DNA from: Thermoplasmata archaeon | Lineage (GTDB): Archaea > Thermoplasmatota > Thermoplasmata > GCA-020350865 | Assembly: GCA_020348445.1 (NCBI GenBank) | Contig: CP070751.1 | Coordinates: forward strand, 5,081,187-5,145,186 | DNA length: 64,000 nt | Reading direction: 5' to 3' | In this document: one piece after another, positions 1 through 7,666 of the stretch | How positions within the stretch are numbered: the first letter of the stretch is position 1 | Layout of the letters: the number at the start of each line of letters is the position of its first letter | Made by a program: the position numbers and the translations under genes | The notes under the pieces: generated by a model | What the model was told of the DNA's origin: nothing | The model's input: only the letters and a program-made list of their open reading frames with translations | Databases searched by the model: none

Positions 1-1044
1 GATAAGAGCTTGGAATCGTTCAATAGTGCCTTAGAATTGACTAAAGGAAATAAGAATAAGATAGCGGAGATTAAGGCAAATATTGGGAGAATCTACCGGA
101 AAAAGGGAGAATATAATGAATCCATAAGGAAGTTAACAGAAGCCTTGGATTTAGTCAAAAATGAAGGAGGCAAAGAGGAAGCACTTGTCCTCGAAAAAAT
201 CGGCATGACTTATCTTAGGAGAGGAGATTACAAAAGAGCCTTTGAGTACTTAGAGAAGAGCCTAGAGATAGGGGAAATAATCGGTGACCAGAAAGATATA
301 GCAACTTGTCTCAAGAACATCGGTTGTATGTATTGGTCAAGAGGTGAACACGAAAAAGCTCTCAAGAACTTCGAGAAAAGCCTGAAGATACATGATAAGA
401 TCGGCGACCAGCCAGGTATTCATGCCTGCCTCAACAACATCGGCGAAGTGCATCGTATTAAAGGAGAATACGAAAGAGCCCTAGAGTGGTTGGAGAAAAG
501 CCTGAGGATAGGGGAGAAGATCGGCAACCAAATTGGTATTGGATTTAACCTCATCAACATCGGCAATGCGTACACCCAAATAGGAGAATATGATAAGGCA
601 CTTAAGCACTTAGAGAAAGGCCTTAAGATAGGTAAGAAGATCGGTGCACAAACTGTCATTGCCGATGGCTACTGGGTTACGGCTGAAACATATCTGAAGA
701 AAAGTGACATGAAAGGAGCATTAGATTTCTGCGATCGGGTATTCGATTTATCCAAAAAGACGGGTTCTAAGGAACATATCGCACACTCAAGGAGAATCTT
801 TGGTGGTATCTATTGCGAGCAAAAGAAGTGGGAAGAATCAATTGAGAATTTCCAGGAGAGCTTAAAAATTTTTAATGAAATTGGAATGAAGAATGAATTA
901 GGCAATGCCTACTATGAGTTCGGATTGATGTGGAAAGAAAAAGGAAACACCGAGAAGGCAAAAGAACATCTGAACAGTGCTCTTGATATTTTCGAGAAAT
1001 TGAATTTGGAGAAGCAAGCGGAAAAAGTAAGAAAGGAGTTATAA
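1..1044 (+). CDS. TPR-repeat C-terminal part of a probable STAND-ATPase/TPR protein (5' truncated by window edge)
   Basis: The frame is open from base 1 (gat aag agc ttg); the ORF-track start at 10 is only a TTG. About eight TPR-like repeats (e.g. LNNIGEVHRIKGEYERALEWLEKSL). Aligns by eye with the C-terminal ~345 aa of 1046-3856, including the ending EKVRKEL. Confidence 0.85.
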   Translation, partial: DKSLESFNSALELTKGNKNKIAEIKANIGRIYRKKGEYNESIRKLTEALDLVKNEGGKEEALVLEKIGMTYLRRGDYKRAFEYLEKSLEIGEIIGDQKDIATCLKNIGCMYWSRGEHEKALKNFEKSLKIHDKIGDQPGIHACLNNIGEVHRIKGEYERALEWLEKSLRIGEKIGNQIGIGFNLINIGNAYTQIGEYDKALKHLEKGLKIGKKIGAQTVIADGYWVTAETYLKKSDMKGALDFCDRVFDLSKKTGSKEHIAHSRRIFGGIYCEQKKWEESIENFQESLKIFNEIGMKNELGNAYYEFGLMWKEKGNTEKAKEHLNSALDIFEKLNLEKQAEKVRKEL

Positions 1045-1045
1045 A

Positions 1046-3856
1046 ATGGCAATCATTGATTCACATATACCATTAGTGGACAGAGTACTGGAGCTCGAAG
1101 AGCTGAAGACCCACCTCCACAACGCAACCAAGGGCCAAGGCAATCTTGTCTTCATCGCAGGCGAGGCTGGAGTGGGTAAAACCAGGTTGGTTGACGAGTT
1201 GAAAACCTATGCCCAATCTCAAGGTATCCAGATATTGCAGGGCTGGTCCTTATATGAATCCCTAACTCCCTACATGCCCTTTGTAGAAGCCTTGAGATCT
1301 GCAAATTTGGAACATCTGTTCTCACGGGAGGACCCTCCAAAAGTGGAGTGTGTATATCTTATAACGGACACTGGGTTATTGATAAAGGAAGTGCTGCGGG
1401 AGGAAACCAAACTAGATTCTACAATATTCGCAGGCATGCTTACAGCGGTCGGAGACTTCGTGAAGGATTCACTGACAATGCTCAGCGGGGAGGAAAAGAA
1501 TGAGGCACTCAATTCTCTTGGATATGAAAATTATCGGATTCTAATTGAAGTCGGTACGAATACAAATCTAGTTGTTATACTCACAGGAAAGGAAAACGAG
1601 TTTTTGATCAATGATATGAAAGAGGTTCTTGCTAACGTTGACCAGGAGTATGGAAATGTGCTAAAAGCCTGGGATGGTGATGACAATAGCGTTAGAGGAA
1701 TCGAGAATGTGTTAAAGCCACTAATCACCTCTGGAAAATATGACGGTATAGATTATGCAAAGGATGACCCAAAGATCAAGAGGAATAGATTATTTGAGAA
1801 CATCTCGTTAGGAATTGAAAGATACGCTAAAGTCAATCCTTCTATACTCTGCATTGAAGATTTGCAGTGGGCTGATCCTTCATCAATGGCACTCATGCAT
1901 TATGTAGCTCGAAATACACGAAAGTGCAATTTACTGATTCTTGGAACTTACAGACCTGAAGATGTTACTGCAATTAAGGAAGGGAAAGCACATCATTTGA
2001 TCGACGCAATGCAATTAATGAGCCGTGAGGATTTATATCAAATGATTGAATTGGAAAGGTTGGAAGAAGATCATATGGATGAGATGCTTACATCGCTTTT
2101 GGGCAAGACTGATTTCACAGATGAATTTAAGAAACAACTTTATAAAGAAACAGAAGGCAACCCATTTTTCATGGTATCACTCATCAGGATGTTGATTGAA
2201 GAAAAAACTATCGAGATGAAAGATGATGTTTGCACTCTCACGAAAGACTTAAAAGAAGTGCATATACCTTCGAAGGTGCACGATGTAATCATACGGAGAC
2301 TGAGTCGAGTGAAGGAAGAGAGGAGAGAAGTTTTAGATATTGCGGCGGTGATAGGTGAAGAGTTCACATCGACCTTATTGGCAAACACGACAAAACTCGA
2401 AAAAGTTCACTTGTTGAAGCAATTAAGAACCTTGGAACAAAGCCATAAACTGATTCGTTCATTCGGGCAAAAATACAAATTCGATCACGCAAAGATAAAA
2501 GAGATATTGTACCTCAAAATTCCCGAAGAATTGAGAATGGAATACCATACAATAATTGCAGATTCTATTGAAACCCTAAACAAGGACAATTTGGATGATA
2601 TGGTTGAAGACTTAGCATTTCACTACTATCATTGCAGGAACAGGGAAAAAGCCCTTCCATATCTCCTCAAAGCAGCGGAGAAGGCGAAAAAGGATTATTC
2701 AAATGAAGAGGCAATAAGGTTCTACAATGAAGCCCTGGAATTAGAAGAAGATGAACAGAAGAGGAGGGAAATATTCGAGGAAATAGGTGATATTTATGGG
2801 TTGATTGGAGATTATAATAAGAGCATAGAATCTTTAGAATGTGGACTGGAATTAGCTAGACAAAAGAATATAATAGCAGAAATCAAAGTGAAGATTGGTA
2901 GAATTTGTCAAAAAAAAGGAGAATACGACGATTCCATAAGAATAAGCACTGAGGCACTTGATTTGGTAAAAGGTGATGAATGCAAGGAGGAAGCGGAGGC
3001 TCTCGCTGCAATCGGTAATGTTTACCAATTCAAAGGAGAAAACGACAGAGCTCTCGAATATTTCAATAAGAGCTTGATGATAAGGGAGAAGATTGGAGAT
3101 CAAAAGGGAATTGCACGCATATTCAATGGTTTTGGTATATTACACGCAGATAAAGGGGAATACGACAACGCCCTTAAGGAATTCGAAAAGAGCTTAGAGA
3201 TAAAGAAAAAGATTGGTGACATACGGGAAATTGCCAAATCCTTCAACAATATCGGCCTTATGTACAATCTTACGGGAGACCTCGATAGAGCTCTGGGATA
3301 TTTCGAAAGGGGCTTAAAGATGCTTAAGAAGATTGGCGACTTGCGTTTAATTGGGGTCACCTTAAATAGTATTGGTGAAATGCATCTTATTAAAGAACAA
3401 TATGACGAAGCTATTAAAAATTATGAAAAGAGTATGGAGATTTGCGATAAGAATCAGATTAGAAGACCGGCAACTTACAATTATTGCGGACTTGCGGAGG
3501 CATATTATAAAAAAGGGAATCTTAAGAAAGCCTTTCATTTCTGTAATATGGCCTACGATTCATCCAAAGAGATTGGTGTCATGGAGAATGTTGCACACTC
3601 AAAGAGAATCTACGGCATGATCTATCGAGAGCAGAAGAAATGGGAGGAATCTATTGAGAATTTCGAGGATAGCATCAGAATTTTCAACGATATTAAAATG
3701 GAGAGGGGGTTGGGAAAATTGTATTACGAATATGGGTTGATGTGGAAGACTAAAGGGGATTCTGAGAAGGCAAAGGAGCATCTGAATAAAGCACTTAATA
3801 TCTACATGAAATTGAAGTTGGAAAAGCACGCGGAGAAGGTAAGAAAGGAGTTATAA
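1046..3856 (+). CDS. STAND-class (AAA_16-like) NTPase with inserted longin-like domain and C-terminal TPR array
   Basis: Walker A GEAGVGKT, Walker B LCIEDLQWAD, sensor GTYR and the STAND GxP motif EGNPFF are present. A ~130-aa insert (aa ~99-228) lies between Walker A and B. TPR repeats start at about aa 550. GGAG RBS; starts 1 nt after the upstream stop. Confidence 0.88.
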   Translation: MAIIDSHIPLVDRVLELEELKTHLHNATKGQGNLVFIAGEAGVGKTRLVDELKTYAQSQGIQILQGWSLYESLTPYMPFVEALRSANLEHLFSREDPPKVECVYLITDTGLLIKEVLREETKLDSTIFAGMLTAVGDFVKDSLTMLSGEEKNEALNSLGYENYRILIEVGTNTNLVVILTGKENEFLINDMKEVLANVDQEYGNVLKAWDGDDNSVRGIENVLKPLITSGKYDGIDYAKDDPKIKRNRLFENISLGIERYAKVNPSILCIEDLQWADPSSMALMHYVARNTRKCNLLILGTYRPEDVTAIKEGKAHHLIDAMQLMSREDLYQMIELERLEEDHMDEMLTSLLGKTDFTDEFKKQLYKETEGNPFFMVSLIRMLIEEKTIEMKDDVCTLTKDLKEVHIPSKVHDVIIRRLSRVKEERREVLDIAAVIGEEFTSTLLANTTKLEKVHLLKQLRTLEQSHKLIRSFGQKYKFDHAKIKEILYLKIPEELRMEYHTIIADSIETLNKDNLDDMVEDLAFHYYHCRNREKALPYLLKAAEKAKKDYSNEEAIRFYNEALELEEDEQKRREIFEEIGDIYGLIGDYNKSIESLECGLELARQKNIIAEIKVKIGRICQKKGEYDDSIRISTEALDLVKGDECKEEAEALAAIGNVYQFKGENDRALEYFNKSLMIREKIGDQKGIARIFNGFGILHADKGEYDNALKEFEKSLEIKKKIGDIREIAKSFNNIGLMYNLTGDLDRALGYFERGLKMLKKIGDLRLIGVTLNSIGEMHLIKEQYDEAIKNYEKSMEICDKNQIRRPATYNYCGLAEAYYKKGNLKKAFHFCNMAYDSSKEIGVMENVAHSKRIYGMIYREQKKWEESIENFEDSIRIFNDIKMERGLGKLYYEYGLMWKTKGDSEKAKEHLNKALNIYMKLKLEKHAEKVRKEL

Positions 3857-3857
3857 A

Positions 3858-4733
3858 ATGGCAATTAAAAAGAAAATCGTCCTTTTGGGCGATAGCGCTG
3901 TCGGCAAGACCAGTCTCATCCGAAGATACGTTTTCAACCAGTTCAAAGACTCCTACATCGCCACAATAGGAACCAAGATAACAAGAAAAGAGCTAAAAAT
4001 CCAAAGACCTCACCATTCTGTGGACCTCACCTTCGTGATATGGGATGTAATCGGTAGAGAAGGCTACCATGGCTTGCATGCCAGGACCTTTGCCGGAATA
4101 TCCGGTGCCATTCTGGTTGCTGACTTGACACGGAAGGAAACCTTAGAGAACCTGGAGCGATATTGGATTCCTCTTCTTCTCAAAGTCGTGGATAATGTCC
4201 CTTTAATTTTTGCTTGTAACAAATCCGATTTGGTAGGTGAGTACGAGTTTGAGCCAGAGGACATTACCAAGATGGCAGAAAGATACAACGGACGCATTGC
4301 ACGCATCCTCCCAAAAGGACTGTCTATCTCATATTCCACAAGTGCTAAGACAGGGAGCAATGTGGAACACACATTCGAAAGCCTTGGACACCTTCTGGTT
4401 TCCAGCTTCGATCTACAGGACCCCGTAAAGGAGCTTTACCAGAACGTGATTGCAATGGGCATTCACAGATCATCTGATAAGACAACGCCTATAGGAGCCC
4501 TTGATTCAATTATAATCGATTTCTGCGAGGGTTTTAAGGATTCCAGGATATCCATGATGATCCTGCGCCAGGAAATCGCAAGATCGGGTCTTGACATCAA
4601 CAATCCCACCAAAGCGGGAATTCTTACTGTGGTGGAATACCTAGCTGAAGCAGAGAACGAATTCAAGGATGAGAAGGAAGTTATTGATAACATGGAAAGA
4701 AGACTACAATGGGCTCAGGGTATAATTGAATGA
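3858..4733 (+). CDS. Rab/Ras-like small GTPase with ~110-aa C-terminal helical extension
   Basis: G1 GDSAVGKTS, G2 YIATIG, G3 WDVIG, G4 NKSD, G5 TSAK. No CAAX motif. Starts 1 nt after the upstream stop. Confidence 0.92.
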   Translation: MAIKKKIVLLGDSAVGKTSLIRRYVFNQFKDSYIATIGTKITRKELKIQRPHHSVDLTFVIWDVIGREGYHGLHARTFAGISGAILVADLTRKETLENLERYWIPLLLKVVDNVPLIFACNKSDLVGEYEFEPEDITKMAERYNGRIARILPKGLSISYSTSAKTGSNVEHTFESLGHLLVSSFDLQDPVKELYQNVIAMGIHRSSDKTTPIGALDSIIIDFCEGFKDSRISMMILRQEIARSGLDINNPTKAGILTVVEYLAEAENEFKDEKEVIDNMERRLQWAQGIIE

Positions 4734-4816
4734 ATCAGAAATGAGAATTTCGTGTGGATCTTTGCGGAGTTCATTCTGACTTTTTATCGTGGAATTTTTC
4801 GTAAACCTGGGGTACA

Positions 4817-4837
4817 TGTGGTCACAAATAATTATAA
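4817..4837 (+). promoter_or_regulatory. TGTGGTCACA near-palindromic operator plus TTATAA TATA-like box upstream of the RHH gene
   Basis: TGTGGTCACA at 4817-4826, 5-nt spacer, TTATAA at 4832-4837. Same geometry as 5228-5248. Confidence 0.55.
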
Positions 4838-4936
4838 GAGTGCGGCACCAATTGATGGTTGTAAGAGAAATATTCTCGTTAATTTAGGTTCACATTATTA
4901 CCACCTTATAGAATTGGCGGTTTCGGAGAAGAACGA

Positions 4937-5128
4937 ATGACCCTAAAAGAGAGAAAGATAAAAACCCTTAAGATCAGGATCGAAACAGAGCTTCTGGAGC
5001 GTATCAAAGAGGAAGCTCAGAAACAGGATACAGATTTATCCACCTATGTAAGGTGGTGTCTTAGGACAGGGTTGTATCTGGAGGATCTGAGCCAATTTCT
5101 TCAATCGAGAATCGATGAGAACAGGTGA
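4937..5128 (+). CDS. Small ribbon-helix-helix (CopG/Arc-like) DNA-binding protein
   Basis: 63 aa with an N-terminal alternating strand (TLKIRIETE) followed by two helices (LLERIKEEAQKQ, DLSTYVRWCLR). Confidence 0.7.
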   Translation: MTLKERKIKTLKIRIETELLERIKEEAQKQDTDLSTYVRWCLRTGLYLEDLSQFLQSRIDENR

Positions 5129-5217
5129 AGGTTATTTGATTATAATTGTACCCTCTATAAGAATTTATAAGTTTTAATCGAGGCAATTTGGAAATTAAGG
5201 AAACTCTTTTTTTTAGC

Positions 5218-5273
5218 TGTGGCCACATGTGGGCACAGGAGATTATATATAATTATCGGATGGCGTGGCCACA
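5218..5273 (+). promoter_or_regulatory. Three TGTGGNCACA-type operator sites flanking a TATA box upstream of the NosD-like gene
   Basis: TGTGGCCACA 5218-5227 (perfect palindrome), TGTGGGCACA 5228-5237, TTATATAT 5243-5250, CGTGGCCACA 5264-5273. Confidence 0.65.
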
Positions 5274-5407
5274 AGGGTTTATTTCAGTTTATTTCAATTC
5301 ATTTTTCAGATGGAGGAAAAGACTTTGGAAAACAAAATAAAAAGTCAGAGCGTTTTTCTGAAGTTTGGATATAGCCCCTTATTCTCAGAGGGAGGAGGTG
5401 ATTCGAA

Positions 5408-6709
5408 ATGAGAAAAGCCGTAGCATATTTGATAGTGTTTGCCTTGGCTGCAATGGTATTGGCCACAGTTCCTATGTCCACTTCTGCTGGGTATGTTGGG
5501 GATGTTACGATCCTTAAGAATGGAAAAGTGGATCCGGCAAATGCGCCTATTTACGTTTCAGGATCCATATATACAATGACGGATGATATCACAGGGACCA
5601 TAACCATCGAAAAGTCCGGAATCACACTGGATGGTGCAGGTTTCACAGTAGGAGGTTCGGGAACAGGCAATGGAATATATCTTGAAGATGTGAACGGAGT
5701 AACCCTCATGAACCTGAATATCCATGGATTTTTGGATGGAATCATGATGATATCTTCCAACCACAATACAATAAAACAAAATACAGTGTCGCAATGTGTT
5801 GATGATTGTATTGATCTGAAAGGCAGCGATGGCAACACTATCAAAGAAAACATGATAACAAACAGTGGCCAAGTTAATATTGGCGATACCACCGATGAAT
5901 TATATGCAAATGGTATATTCCTTGAAGATTGTGATGATAACACCATAAAGGAAAATACAGTTTCCTATATCATAGATGACGCAATCTATCTGATATATTC
6001 AAGCGATAACACGGTAAAAACGAACATAGTTACAGATAGTACCTGGGGTATTGTCGCAGAAATGTCAAGCCATAACAATATAATAAAGGAAAACACAGTT
6101 ACAGATATGAGCTCAAATAGCATTGTCGTAGCCCTTAATTGTTTTAACAACAATATATGCCATAATGTAGTCTCCAATGCTGTATGGGGTGGTATTGCGG
6201 TAGCTAGCAATGCCAACAACAATATGGTAAAGGAGAACACCCTTTACAACACGAGAATTGGTGTTATGGTTTTCATGTCCAGTGGAAATTGCATTTGGGC
6301 CAATTCGGTTTCTGGTTGTATTTGGGAGGGAATCCGACTGCAATTTTCAAACGGAAACACGATTAAGGGAAACACATTGGAGCACAACTATCGAGGTATC
6401 CTGCTTATCAGGAATCCAGCAGGTGGAAGTAACCTTATAAAAGAGAATTCTATAAGGGAAAATGATGTTGGGATGATCCTCAGTTATAATTCATACGACA
6501 ATGTTGTTTACCACAACAATTTTGTGGCAAATGGAAACCAAGCAATTGACAATGGCATAGGAAATTGTTGGGACAATGGCGCTGAGGGCAACTACTGGAG
6601 CGATTATTCAGGGATGGATATGGATGATGACGGAATTGGGGATACCCCTTACTATATCAATGGTGTGGCAGGTTCCGCAGATAATTATCCATTAATGAAT
6701 CCTTGGTAG
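5408..6709 (+). CDS. Secreted right-handed parallel beta-helix (NosD/CASH-type) protein
   Basis: Signal peptide MRKAVAYLIVFALAAMVLA. Many NxIxxN/GIxL beta-helix repeats. Typical terminal GNYWSDY...DDDGIGDTPY...DNYPL motif. GGAGG RBS. Confidence 0.85.
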   Translation: MRKAVAYLIVFALAAMVLATVPMSTSAGYVGDVTILKNGKVDPANAPIYVSGSIYTMTDDITGTITIEKSGITLDGAGFTVGGSGTGNGIYLEDVNGVTLMNLNIHGFLDGIMMISSNHNTIKQNTVSQCVDDCIDLKGSDGNTIKENMITNSGQVNIGDTTDELYANGIFLEDCDDNTIKENTVSYIIDDAIYLIYSSDNTVKTNIVTDSTWGIVAEMSSHNNIIKENTVTDMSSNSIVVALNCFNNNICHNVVSNAVWGGIAVASNANNNMVKENTLYNTRIGVMVFMSSGNCIWANSVSGCIWEGIRLQFSNGNTIKGNTLEHNYRGILLIRNPAGGSNLIKENSIRENDVGMILSYNSYDNVVYHNNFVANGNQAIDNGIGNCWDNGAEGNYWSDYSGMDMDDDGIGDTPYYINGVAGSADNYPLMNPW

Positions 6710-6852
6710 TGGCAGATAAATCATCAAGCTTAAATGCGAAACTCAAACCTTCTTCCTTATTTTTATAATTTTTATCTTCGTATTTTATATATCCTTCTTT
6801 TAACAATAAAAATTAAGTTAAATGATTCAGTTTCGGGAATGGAGATAAGATC

Positions 6853-7641
6853 ATGGAAATAGTGGACCTTTCAGAGGAACACGAACAATTGTACTTCCTC
6901 TGCCTCGAAGATTGGTCAGATGAAATCAAAGAAGCAGGAGAACACAAAAAGCTCTGGTACAACAGAATGAAGGACAAGGGTCTTCGGGTAAAGCTCGCCA
7001 CGGACGACAAGGGTGAGATCGGAGGGATGATACAATACCTACCCATCGAGGAATCCTTTGTTGAAGGCAAGGACCTTCTTTTTATAAACTGCATATGGGT
7101 GCACGGATACAAACAGGGAAGGGGGAACTTCCAGAAGAAGGGAATGGGCAAGGCTCTAATAAAAGCAGCCGAAGAAGATGCTAAAGAGCAAGGTGCCAAG
7201 GGAATCGTGGCCTGGGGTGTTTCCCTGCCTTTCTGGATGAAGGCCTCGTGGTTCAAAAAACAAGGGTACGAAAGAGTGGACAAGATGGACATCTCGATTC
7301 TTCTATGGAAACCTTTTTCTAATGATGCTGAGCCTCCAAAGTGGATCAAGGTAAAGAAAAAACCCAAGAAACTCCCTGGCAAGGTGACTGTGTATGGCTT
7401 CATAAATGGATGGTGCCCTGCACAGAATTTGGTATTTGAAAGGGCAAAGCGGGCAGCCTCCGAATTTCCAGACAAGGTGGAATTCATTAGGATAGACACC
7501 TCAAACAGAGATGTCTTTTTGGCCTGGGGAATGGTTGATGCACTGTTCATTGACGACGTCCAGATAACAACTGGTCCGCCTCCGTCCTACAAGAAGATAA
7601 GAAAAATAATCAAGAAAAAGGTGAAGAGACTAAAGAAATAA
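6853..7641 (+). CDS. GNAT-family N-acetyltransferase with C-terminal thioredoxin-like (YoaP-like) domain
   Basis: Acetyl-CoA motif A in INCIWV...FQKKGMGKALI. C-terminal GWCP motif in a thioredoxin-like segment. Confidence 0.75.
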   Translation: MEIVDLSEEHEQLYFLCLEDWSDEIKEAGEHKKLWYNRMKDKGLRVKLATDDKGEIGGMIQYLPIEESFVEGKDLLFINCIWVHGYKQGRGNFQKKGMGKALIKAAEEDAKEQGAKGIVAWGVSLPFWMKASWFKKQGYERVDKMDISILLWKPFSNDAEPPKWIKVKKKPKKLPGKVTVYGFINGWCPAQNLVFERAKRAASEFPDKVEFIRIDTSNRDVFLAWGMVDALFIDDVQITTGPPPSYKKIRKIIKKKVKRLKK

Positions 7642-7666
7642 ATATGATGCTAAAATAATGTGATCA

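Noticed and set aside
4752-4940. 62-aa ORF before the RHH gene
   Set aside because: It has a GTG start, no motif, and overlaps the operator/TATA region, so it is most likely promoter DNA.
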